Positions 40,130 to 52,100 of a stretch of 64,000 bases of DNA are shown here, in pieces; positions within the stretch are counted from its first letter, which is position 1, and each line of letters opens with the position of its first letter. Where the stretch lies: positions 608,001 through 672,000 of the forward strand of contig CBDBCZ010000015.1 of NCBI GenBank assembly GCA_965203295.1. Direction: 5' to 3'. Below the pieces are notes generated by a model. It was not told the origin of the DNA and did not search any database. It worked only from the letters and a program-made list of their open reading frames with translations. This stretch comes from Nitrospirales bacterium (lineage in GTDB: Bacteria; Nitrospirota; Nitrospiria; Nitrospirales; UBA8639). The position numbers and the translations under genes are program-made.

Positions 40130-42915
40130 CAAGTATGGAGTTGTCCTGTTGTATGTAATAATAGTAATCACTAGCTAGCTCATACGCTGAACGGTAGGAA
40201 TTACACTCAATTCAATACAGAAACAAGCTGAATCAGTTACTATTATGGAGGGAGAGACTATAGCTTCAATATGAGGCTTGCGAGGATAAATAGACGTAAC
40301 AAATTGGCATTTACATAGCTTCACAAACTCGCTGGCTTCTTTACAAAACTCCTAGTAAAAAAGAAACTGTCTAAATTAATAGGTAAGCTGTAAACTTCAA
40401 AATTTGTATGGACCCAATTTTGGGTACTGCAGCTATAACTAGTGCAGTGCCGATAGCTACATGTACTTCACTTTACGCACAGAAGGGAAGAAATTTATTA
40501 ATGTTCTTTTTCTGTATATGCAAATGCATTGTACTGCATGAAGTATTATATGGAGTATGTACGTACGTAGTGACAACTGAGATATGATATTGAACATAAA
40601 CCTTTGTCATGGCGAGATGACCAGGACAGATCAAAGTGGTTCCCTCAGTTGTGCATGTACTAGTACTAACAGCAGAAGAAGGCTCTTGAGGTGACTGACA
40701 TTCATTAAATTTATACATATGTAAGTGTAGCAATTAGCTTTCATATGCCAGATACTTCTGGTAAGCAGTATACATGTAGCAGAAGAACATGCACGTATTT
40801 CAACGCACTAGTTTCCTCAATGAGAAACTCAGGACTGGTTTTTAGGTAGTTTTGGCAGAACTCAAACAGCAAGCTTACAGCACTCTTCTTGGAAATGGTC
40901 ACTGTCCACACTGCATGGAACATGTACTGTAAATGTGAAGCAAAAGCATGTATGACATGAAAAGACTTGCAACACCTGCAGGAGGCTTCTTGGCTTCAGA
41001 TTCATGGTGCTGACGATACTCTTTGGGGACAGGAATGTGTAGAACTTTTAACAAGTCGTTCAGGCTAAAAATACAGAAAATACGTACCTGATTACACTCA
41101 TAGAGGGAGGTACAACTGATCAGTAATATTTGCCAGTTAACAGAGAAATTTGGCATTGGCAATCTGCCAGTTAAGTCAAATTGTTACATACCACTAAACT
41201 TTATGCTGTTCCTTCTTTTGTTGTGCCTTGGGTATTTTATTCTTTTGCCTAAAAGGGTACGGAAGCAACTATTCTAAGTGCACAGAGTAGTCAGTACTAC
41301 TTGTACTGTATACATTGGTGTGATTTATAAGCTACATAAAACTACTACTAACTGCATGATTCAAGAACAGGGATACGTAATTCCCAGCAAGGTACATGTG
41401 AAATGCAGGCCAGCTGGTCTCTACGTCTTTATCGTATATCTTCCTTTAGAGCAAAATGCCTAATTATGTGAAGTGGCTTATCTAAGGTCATGCTGCGCTG
41501 CATCAATAGCTTTTTATATGTACCTTAGGGAACTATGGCTATATACATACTCTCTCATAATATCTGCTTCATTAGGATTACTTCCCTCCCTGTAGCTATG
41601 CTGAAAGCAATCACAGGAGATGGATAGCACAGTTTTGAGTGTGGATGGTACTTCAGTCTTTTATGCTTTTTTTTATCGATACTGAGTACTTGATACACTA
41701 CCAACTGGAAGTTTGCATTGAAAAAGGTGGCGTACATGTACAAAATAAGGCTAGGCATAAAGCAGGAGATACAGGGAGATAAAACCTCCATCAGTACAAT
41801 CCAAAACTTCTGTGAGGAGTTATGGTCAAAACAAAACTGTAAATAGGTGTATGAAGAGTCAGAGATCTGGTCTAGGATATTATATCTACTGCATAGTTTA
41901 CCTAGGGACACTACTACTGCTCCCATGTTTCCTTCCACTACATGTAACTGCAACTGTATGACGACTACATACCATTCATCCACTAGCACAGACTCTTCAT
42001 CGCCTTCCTCAATCTCCCATCTTTGTGATAAGTATTCCCTCAAATTATGTGGCTCTAAAAGAGATTACACATTATGACATTGTAAATTACAGCCACTTGT
42101 ATAACAGAGTACATGTACATACATATTCATAATAAAATACTTGCTATTGTTGTTCCTTACACTCTGAGTCAGTATATGCTCACACTATCCGAACAGGTTT
42201 GCTGGTAAAAACCACACTTTTCACCAACTGGGCATGCACAAAGCACATAAATGGCTGCATGCATGGTCCTGAAACTGCTTTATGTTTTCTGTGTTTGTCT
42301 GTCTGTGGATCTACACTGAGCTGCATTCAGTCATTATGAGACAGCCTATTACAGTTCCTTTAGCCCATTTCTGAGCTGAGCCTAGGGTGAAATACGAAAT
42401 ATAGGATGTACGTATTCCTCTTTTATTAACCAGTACAATGTAAAACACCTGATTTCACAGAGCATACCAAGTTTGATTAATGAGCCCTTCCTTTCTCCTG
42501 CTGTATGATGCCATTGATCAGCCAAGTGGCACCGTTCTTCTTGAAATAACCACTTCTCTAGGCATGGAATTGCCTGAACTGGAACCCTGTGTTTCTGAAA
42601 GGTAAATACATTCACATTCAAGTTGAATTAACCAGCAGTTTCTATATACATGCTCTCTGCACAAATCAACTACATGTACTGAATAGTATTTATACCTCAT
42701 AAAGGGTCAACTAAATTTTACAACCACATCAGTGCTCCACTAAAGTGTGTGAAGAGTGTACCAAGAAACCAAACATGGAATAAATTCCGTGTGAGGTTGC
42801 AAAGTAGTCTCCTCCAATGGCCCAAACTGGGAGAAGCATGACTTGTTGGATTTTCAATCTCAAACTCACACAAGGAAGGATTAAAAGTGTGCACTGCAAC
42901 TGAGTGTGTAAGCTA

Positions 42916-43535
42916 CCGTAGACTCGGGTTATCAAGCGCATGCGCTAGTTGGAACAATAGCAAAAAATACATGCGCTACATAACGAAGTGCGCTACATAA
43001 CGGGGGTTAAAGGATGACCACGCCTAGCTTTGCATGACGTCATCGCGGCAAAGTTACGGTAGCTAGAAAATGGGAAGCTTTGTTGCTGTTACCGGTGGCA
43101 GATTACCAACTACCGGTACGGAATCGCAGTTTATCAAAGCGGTCGGCGATGAAACTCGGTGGAGAGCGGTCGGAGATGAAACTCGGCGGAGAGCGGTCCG
43201 AGGCTGAGATGAGGTCGTACTCGATCAACTCGACTGAGGATGATCGGTGCATGCTTGCTCCCTTTATAGGCCTTTGACGTGGCTAGCTAGCAACTTGATG
43301 ACTGGGCGGTTGCACAATGATCCCTAGAAGGTTATCCTGTCGAGGAATCTCTAGCTGCTAGCAGTCTTCGTTCGATTCTTTAATAATTTTGGTGCGGTTG
43401 CTCCACCCCGTATTACGTTTAATTGGAACATGCGCCTCTAACGAGGTTTTTGCGCTTTGGGCCAAGCGAGCATGCGCCTGATAGCGTATGTGCGCTACAT
43501 ATTAACGAAGTGCGCTTGATAACCCGAGTCTACGG
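42916..43535. mobile_element. 620-bp pogo/Tc1-type MITE
   Basis: TA|ccgtagactcgggttatcaagcgca ... tgcgcttgataacccgagtctacgg|TA, perfect 25-bp TIR. Confidence 0.93.
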
Positions 43536-44129
43536 TATATAATTAAAACATGCAACCCCTGTTGGTTACCTGGATACTGTACATGACTATAGCCCATGAA
43601 CCATTATTAGCAAATTGCAGCACTACATGCCACACCAATTGACAATAAATGATAGCAGAAAACTGCACGCAACACATGCACATGAAAATGCACTGTAGAC
43701 TCAACATTGCTCTACCACACAATCTCAGTTTAATCCAGGACCATAGCCAGCATTTTCCCTTTGATCTGGTGGGTAGCTAGTGGAGCAGGGCACATTCCTT
43801 CTAGGGGGTGTGGGGACATGATCCTCCAGAACCTTATGAGATTGTTTCTAGTGCAATCTTAGTGTAAAATAGCAAGAATTGGACACGACTTGCAACCAAA
43901 ACTAGCCTTTGTGCTTGAAGCCCAGCTTTACAGGTGTTGCTTCACCTAGTTTAACTGCGCATACATTGTGACATCACCTACCGTGAATGAGAGTACGTAC
44001 CGTACCTGCATGTGCATATTGTAGTGCTAGTGAGGTTTATAACAATTTGTGAAAGTGAGAAGCACATGCAGCTGCTGCTGAAGTCTTTGATATGGATCTG
44101 GATAATTGTGTTGTTGATGATTTACTATT

Positions 44130-44215
44130 TATATTCTGTGAGTAACAGCTCCTCAAGGTTGTGGTATACAGCATAACCTGGCTGATTAAACCTAGCTGGC
44201 CTTTCGTCAGTTGAA
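44130..44215 (-). mobile_element. Short hAT transposase-like fragment
   Basis: RFNQPGYAVYHNLEELLL resembles the region preceding the hAT dimerisation domain. Confidence 0.4.
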
Positions 44216-44629
44216 ACTGGACGACTGTGAAGTGCGACTCGGCCATGTTGACGGTACTTAATTGTACTACTATACGGCGACTTAATGCTAGGAATATGTA
44301 TAATGGGCGTGATGCTTGCTTGCTGAACTTTGGCCACCACACCTGTTAGACCTACTCCTACGGCCCTGTATTCTATACCTGTAGTGTTCAGCAACATTAA
44401 AACACCGACAGCCTCATGCATACTATAAGTACTGCTTAGGAAGCCCCCTGAGTATTCTTGCCCCTATGTACATGTACAACTACATCACATTTCTCACCTG
44501 TAAGGAAGGAATACAAAAATGTGGCGTATATTGCACTCACTCACAACAGATTGTCCACAATTCCATACGTACATATAGTGTCCCAATATGTGTACTTCAG
44601 TCCACTACTTCAGCACTCCACTGTGCATT

Positions 44630-44793
44630 CCAGTGTCATACAAGGACACCCCTTAAAAAAGGACACCTCTGTATTAAGGACACTTTGTTGTGTCCCATAT
44701 ATACATTCGTAATGTAATGAAATGAGGACACATCTCTACACAGGACATTTTACTAGGTCCCCAAGGTGCCCACATTAGAGGGGTTCCACTGTA
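44630..44793. mobile_element. Tc1/mariner-type MITE (aggacac repeats)
   Basis: Repeated aaggacac motifs ending gaggggttccactg|ta. Related ends at ~21890-21935 and ~46740-46903. Confidence 0.7.
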
Positions 44794-44799
44794 AATAAC

Positions 44800-45640
44800 A
44801 ACTTTCAATTTGCATCCTGAAACAGGAAGGGGCTACAGAAATCACTTCTACACATAGCTCTAACAATTGCTAGTTCAACAAACTTAACCAAAAGATATTG
44901 GTACTAACCTAAATGCAACACCCTTTGCTCTTTGATTTTTTGCTGTTAATAAATTAAACTACACAACCAGATGAAATTGCGTCCTGAGGGATTACAGGAT
45001 TTTAATATAGCCATTTCTGCCACTACATTGTATAACTGTCGCTCATTCAACAAACTTACATCATCACACAGGGAGAGACTACAGAAAGTTTAGCATAGAT
45101 ATTTCTGCCTCTATCCCATTGCTCATCAAACAAACTCACCCAAAAGTTACATCTACTACTCTTCAGTGGACCTGGCAAAGATTTCATGCTATTCATAACG
45201 GTACATAATCACTTTCAATTTGTGTCCTCACACAGGAAGGGGCTACAAGATTCATTTCTGCCTCTAACTACTGCTGATAGTCCACAAACTCCCCCAAAGT
45301 GGTGGCATTTACATATACACACAGCAACACATATATATATAGCTAATTAGTGAACCTCACAAAAATTTCTGATTCTTCATTAACTGCACAACCACTTTGA
45401 CATTACGTCCTCACACAGGGAGGAGCTACGGGATTTAATCCAGCAAATTCCCCAAATTACAGTGGTATTACATGTACATCTACTAAAAGCCCCCATCTCA
45501 CACGTAGATCTTTGGTGGACTTGCAAAGGTTTCTCGCTAATCACAAGATGACACAACCTCTTTGAATTGGCATCCTCAGACAGAAAGAGGCTACAGCATC
45601 AAATGTAGATATGATTGCCTCTAACTATTAGCTCCTTCAA
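44800..45640. repeat. Old degenerate tandem repeat
   Basis: The motif actttcaatttg..tcct.a.acaggaaggggctaca recurs near 44800, 44970, 45060, 45210, 45395 and 45560. Confidence 0.65.
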
Positions 45641-46189
45641 TTGTGGTAATGTTCCGCTCGAATGCGCAACCAGCGGGAAGGTTTGCAAGCATAATTTTGG
45701 TAGAGTGAGACAGATCCATGTGATATTGAGTATCTATGGTCATGATAGAGAACACTGAGGCACTGCTAAAAGATATTCTATAAAAGAGTATAGCTCATGA
45801 GGCCACTGAGAAGGTAGATGCTAGATGAGAACCTATCAGAGGATCTCTCTAGCTGAGACTGTTGGAAGAGATGCCAGGCTACAGCAGATGAGCAGTCTAG
45901 AGGGAGAGAATTGACTCGGCCAGTTGCACATGTATGCAAGCCGCTTCATACTTGGCTGCATTGAGATATGTCATGTTCAGAAGCACTACCTGGTCTGCAC
46001 CTATATATCTTCTGAGTATACCGGTATGTCTGAGAAGTCTTCGCCTCGAGCAACTCGAATCATAGAATAGTATTCCCGGTACGGCGAACAGGCGTGGCTA
46101 ACCATAGATTTTGTCTATATATGAAAGAAAAGGAATGCCGTTATCTGCAGAAATGTTGGAACATGGTGGAATGCAGAAATGCACGTGAG

Positions 46190-46710
46190 CTGTTCCCTGG
46201 TGTTCCTGGTGTTCCTGCTATTCCTTGCTGTTCCTGCTGTTCCTTGCTGTTTCTGCTGTTCCCTGGTGTTCCTGCATTTCCTTGCTGTTCCTGCTGTTCC
46301 TGCTGTTCCTTGCTGTTTCTGCTGTTCCTTGCTGTTCCCTGGTGTTCCTGCATTTCCTTGCTGTTCCTTGCTGTACCTTCTGTTCCCTATTGCTCCTGCT
46401 GTTCCCTGATGTTCCTTCTGTTCCCTGCTGTTTCCTGGTGTTCCTGCAGTTCCTTGGTGTTCCCTGGTGTTCCTGCTGTTTCTTGCTGTCCCTGCTGTTC
46501 CTTGGTGTCCCTGCTGTTCCTTGGTGTTCCTGCTGTTCCCTGCTGTTCCTTGGTGTCCCTGCTGTTCCTTGGTGTTCCTGCTGTTCCCTGGTGTTCCTGC
46601 TATTTCTTGCCGTTCCTTGCCATTCCTGCTGTTCCCTGGTGTTCCTGCTGTTCCTGCAGTTCCTTGAATTGGTGTTCCCTGGTGTTACTGCTGTTCCTTG
46701 GTGTTCCTAA
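46190..46710. repeat. 9/10-bp minisatellite (gctgttcct / ggtgttcct)
   Basis: More than 50 tandem units with almost no A on the + strand. Confidence 0.97.
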
Positions 46711-47159
46711 GTTGTATTGATTCTGCTGTACTGTGTGAACACTTTTGAGACCTGATAAAGAGTCCTGTATAAAGAGGTGTCTCATTTCATCTCATTTCAG
46801 GAATAATTTTACAATACGAAAGCCTATTTGGGACACAGCAAAGTGTCCTTATTACAGAAGTGTCCTTATTTCAGGGGTGTCCTTTAAGAGGGGTTTCACT
46901 GTATTACTTTAAAATTGTATGCAGTGTGGAATAGATATATTGGGTCAGGTCTGTCTCTTTAAGTGCAACCCTTGATTTCTTTTATTATTACGTTTTTATT
47001 GTCTGTGGTCTTTTTTTCTACTTATTATTTTCGCTGTGACCAAATGTATTAATTGCAGTTCCAACAGGTAAGTGGAAAGTGATTGATATTCTTTTGTCTA
47101 TGAAAGTTTTTACAAAAAGTAAATACCGTATAGCCGGAAAATTTGGCAAGGACTTTAAT

Positions 47160-48879
47160 TTATTATTATTATTATTAAATTTTAATGACACAAAAAAGGC
47201 CAGGAAGGCCCATAGGTCAAATCGAAGTAACAATAATGTGGAGTACATCAAGTAAGGGACATGAAACTCTGCTGGACAAATGTTGCTAACCGGACAAATG
47301 TTGCTAAATGTTGCTGGTCTCGAGACAACATGATAAATGTGAACCTATCCAAAGAATTCAGAAAATAAAAAGAAGAGTTCAGAATAAAACAACGGTTAAA
47401 TAGGTCCGCTCTAGCTTTCCCATCAAACTTCTGGCAGTCGATCAAGAAGTGCATTTCATCCTCCAGCACACCACAAAGCATGCATGTTCGCTCTTCTAAC
47501 GGAGTAGGAGTAGGCAGGGTATATCTCCCAGTTTCAATTCTTAACTGATGAGCGCTCGATCTCAGTTTGGCCAGTGGTACTCTAAGGTGCGGAGGGAGGT
47601 TGAGGTAGGGCTCATAAACTATCGAGTTTTTAAAAAGCCTGAATGTTCTCAGTTTTCTTGATAATAACTCACTACTCCAAAGCTGCAAATATTGGTCACA
47701 AAGCCTCTGTGAGAATTGATCAATAAAGTCGTTCTGTAGGATTCCTGTGGGGTTATTCCAGACATAGGGGAACCCCGCTTCACTCAGGACCCGTTTGACA
47801 GCCACGGCCCACTCATCTTGTGAGTCAGAGAGAGTCAGCTGATAAGCTTCCTGTAGCAGACTTGGGACGTTCCAGTATGTTGCAAGTCGTAACCAATATT
47901 TAACCAGTGCAGTTTTGTATCTAATCATTAAGGGAACACGTCCCAGGTCGCCATAAACAGCGAGATTGCTAGCGGAAGAAGGCAAACCTAGGGCAAACTT
48001 GCAAAAACGCCTGTGCAGCAACTCCAACTCATCTGCTTTAGAAAAGGCCCAAATCTCACAGGCATATTCGGTAATAGGTCTCACTAAGGAATCAAACAAG
48101 TGCGACAGGATATGAGGATTAGGATAGTGTAGGCAAGTCGCTTTCTTAATAAGGGAGTGTAGGGCTTTGTTGGCTTGACCTGCAAGCAGATTTATTGCTG
48201 GTTTCAATGATCCATTTGAGGAAAGTAGGAGACCCAGATACTTGTATTCCTTTACCACTTCAATTGGAATGCCGTTCAGGGTAACGATCAGCTCAATGTG
48301 GGATCTGGGGTGAGTGAAAGGGACTACCCTGGTTTTGGTGAGGTTAACTTGAAGATCCCATGTCTTGCAAAATCCAGAAAGGGTATCAACTGCTTTCTGT
48401 AGGCCAGAAACTGAATCAGCTAACAGAACTAGGTCATCAGCAAACATTAGTAGGTGAAGGCAGGAATTAATGAGAGTAATACTTCCAGCTTGATTATCGT
48501 CGAGTGTATTTTCTAAGTCTACCACATACAGGCTGAAAAGGAGGGGGCTGAGATTGCAACCCTGGTGCACTCCCCTTCTGCAGGGAAATTTACAGGAAAG
48601 CTCGTCTCCAACAGTTACCATCGATTTAGCATTCCCATACATATTCTGCAAAAGCTTAAGGATTGTTGAGCTTGTCCCAATAGAAGCCATCTTGGCCCAT
48701 AGAAGTGAATGTGTTTCGTTAAGGAGGTTGTTGGAGTCTGCCCAAAGAAGGAGACGACTGTTGATAATAGAGGTCAAGAGCTTGGCCATCACATTGAGTA
48801 GGGTGATCCCTCTGTAATTACTCGGGTCTGTCTTATCTCCACTCTTGAATATTGGCTTGATCAGCCCAGTAGCCCAGGT
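47160..48879 (-). mobile_element. 5'-truncated non-LTR retrotransposon (LINE); RT ORF 47248-48792 extends further upstream
   Basis: WATGLIKPIFKSGDKTDPSNYRGITLL..GVHQGCNLSPLLF..LMFADD..YKYLG..LRIETGRY..CMLC..EDEMHFLIDC. (TAA)n tail at 47160-47180. Confidence 0.95.
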
Positions 48880-49189
48880 TTAATTCTCGCCAAATTTTCT
48901 GGCTATACGGTGTGCACAATAGCATACGTACATCGAGTGTTGATAATAATAACTAAACAATTCTTACAGCAAATTAAACAAGGTGAAGTTTTGCACGTGC
49001 TTCATGTAGTGATTCCATCCATATACAGGTAATAAAGCAGACACTATTATGCTGTAGATTGCATAATATGCATATCCAAAGCAAGCTATTCTACATAACA
49101 AAATTAAGTTGCCATCTCAATAGGGGATCTGCACAACATGAAATTAGCTATAAAATACAGCATCAATACCAGTCATGCTTTCATTTCCA

Positions 49190-52100
49190 CTAGTGCTGTT
49201 TCAGGCGGCCGACTTCTTCAACAGCAGCCCTATGAATACAAAACCATGTTCTTAGTCACTGTATGCTCAATTTCTATGTAGTGCACGTCATACTTGTAAA
49301 ATATTTTCATCTTCATGCATCTACTCGCAATATATCAATCTCTAGTTGGCTCATAGCTCCTAAAATAAATATTAAAAGCACAATAAAGACTAACCTCAGC
49401 TCCAGTAATGCTTTTTCCTTGAAGAATTCACTTTCAGCTAGACTTGCCTTGGCTTGTCTAAGTTCTTCCTTGAGGTACTCAACCTAAAATGTAGGATTAT
49501 GGGCTGGGTTTCATGCCTATAAGCTACATTGTTAATTTTATTCAATATTTATTGTACTTAGACCATAGTATGCTTAGATGGGTGAAAGTGCTTTAATTGA
49601 TGTACATTAGGGTGATGTCAAGATCCTAATTCCCAGGTCGAGAGTGTACGTAGTATAGCACTGCATTTCAGTACAGTATTAGATAATTAACCCATACATA
49701 CATGTACATGTCTTTTTGTTATGGTGCTGCAGAGAAACCAGAAAGATTTCATAGTTTCTCTACCATTGTGATTTTCAACCAGAATTTCTTACCGTCACTG
49801 GTATACGAGTGGTTTCTATTAACACAATACAAGGACTACAAAATTTTGAGCATATTTACCTCCTTCCTGAGATCTGCATTTTCCTGTTGCAATAGAAATG
49901 GCTGTTCTTTGTAAGCGGTACGTACTGTAGTAGTTGAAGAAAAGAAAACGTGGGTATAAAGACTTACGTACAGTACATAGTAACAGTGCAGGTCATGTGA
50001 CAATCATAATATTCCTCTACAGCAGCAAGTCTGTGAGCTGTGCTCTAGGACTGGCCTTTGTATTCTCTATGATACCTATCCTGAAGAAGACTACAGCCCA
50101 GCTGCTCATTATTCAAATACGAAAAAACATCAGCGTTTGATTTTGAGTCTGTGAAGCCAATTCATGGTTGGTAGAAAGAAAACCCCAATCAACATATGTA
50201 CTGAGAACCAACCAAGATTCTCTTAGAAGAGCCCAGCTAGAGTTGAGGTTGAGCTGTATGCTAATCCAAGCCAAAAGTGATAGTAAGTGCACAAAAAATT
50301 GTATGTGATTTAATCATGTGAACCATTTTAGAGGATATAATTGGCTAAAGGTAGCATGACTATAAAGGATAGAAGCTGTTGATTGCACAGATCATGCTGC
50401 CGTGCGTTAGATACCAGATGATGAATTTTTTCAACACTGGATCGATTATTTAAGCAAAAAGTTTACTTGCCTTTAAGACCCAGGTCTTCAGAATTATATG
50501 TACTGGTAAGGTTTCTTCTGAGAGATTTTTGCTTTATTTCTGAGTGACTATGTCTGGATTCTTCCTTCAATTTACTGTCTGCTGTGTCCAAACGTTTGCC
50601 TAATCGTCTGTCATCTGCTGGAATTGAGAAACAGATTAGGTGTATAGACAGTTACATTAAATATGCCTCTGGATGACTTGATCTGACTATCGAGCTAGAC
50701 CTAATAGTAATTTATAAGCTACTAAATTTCACATATTTTGTTGGAATAAAATTTCATAAGTTGAAAACAGTGCAACTTGCCTTTCCTTCAGGGATAGTCA
50801 TTCAAATTCCACTATCACCCCAACTGTCATAAAATTACTGGTCCTCAAATTCACTGCAGTGAAATTAACTATTAGGCTAATGTACCAAGTGAGTAAAGAA
50901 GCATGCCCCATGAATTTCTTGCAAAAAAAATTATGATATACTCTTGGTGCTGCTGTAGCGCTTACCCACATATGCAGGCGGAGCTTGTAAGATCTCCAGT
51001 CAGAGGTCAAAAGCAAGAACAACCAGATGTTTTACCTAATCACCATATATTATTCCTAGTATCCCAGATTAATACTACAAAACTCTAGTATCCCAGATTA
51101 ATACTACAAAACTCTAGTATCCCAGATTAATACTACAAAACTCTTAACAAGCCTTAAAGCCTCAAAATCATACCTCTCCCAAATCCCACACCCTAAAACA
51201 AATGCCGATCTCTTAAAATTATTGAGTGCACTAAACTTTTCAAAGCTCCCACGTACCAAACATACCCGTATTGTAGAATTCTCCCATGAAAGTAATTCTA
51301 ATATCATACACAGGACACTCCCAGAGCACATGTACATACAACACCCTCCAATTCTTCCCCACAAACATAACTTACACTGCCTATCATCATGTTTATCCCT
51401 ATGTCTTCCTATATTGCAAACTTCTGTGAGAAGATAAGCTTTCTGAAAGAGTAAAGAAATCCAGAAAAATTGGGGCCCAGCTGGGGATTGAACCCAGGAC
51501 CTTCTGAATACTAGTCAGATGCTCGTACCAATTGAGCTACTGGAGCCCCTTGGCAGATGAGCAGTAGGCAAGCTTCATATAGCCACTAAACCTGCTAGTA
51601 GCACTTGCCAGTAGGACCCAGCCAATTCCAACTAATTACTCTCTCATTATAGGCCATCTTCCCTTCTCCTAAACTCGAGGAACGTGCTAAACCCAGACTT
51701 GTACAATGCATGTAACTCTTCATTTTGACCATTAGTACCCGACCTAAATTAAACATCAATCCCATTCCGGGGTCCTCGAGCCCCTGCAAGTAATTCTGAA
51801 AATTCTATTTCCTTACAAAAAGACTGGTAAAGACTTTTACACCCAGACTTGTACATGTAACTCTTCATTTAGACCATTAGTACCCGACCTAAATTAAACA
51901 TCAATCGCATTCCGGGGCCCTCGAGCCCCTGCAAGTAATTTTGAAAATTCTATTTCCTTACAAAAAGACTGGTAAAGACTTTTACTATTTAAGCCATCAT
52001 TAAAGTCTTCATATCTCAACGCTTCATCTTCTCTTGCTAAGAACAAGTATACATGGTAATCTTCAGCTGATATTTCCTAGATATAAGTGCAGCAATAATT

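Larger units (their letters stand above)
36799..42900 (-). pseudogene. DGCR8: DGCR8/Pasha (Microprocessor subunit), disrupted multi-exon copy
   Basis: In order: degenerate WW exon at ~42696-42800 (HFSG..VVVKFS*PF); 42469-42597 KHRVPVQAIPCL; 41973-42053 LREYLSQRWEIEE; 40809-40910 KSAVSLLFEFCQNYLKTSPEF (dsRBD1); TPYLCTIAIENMKY..KAKQSA split by the insertion at 39731-40129; AEPTLDLFLP; 38086-38263 LGRHTVKGLCMEKKDGQQMAAQALLK (dsRBD2); 37571-37641 ELHPFILNWGALLHIY; 36799-36898 DHSILKQLKYEMQKLAK (Drosha-binding tail, in-frame TGA upstream). Confidence 0.88.

Noticed and set aside
46094..46720. Cys-rich or hydrophobic ORFs
   Set aside because: 9/10-bp minisatellite.
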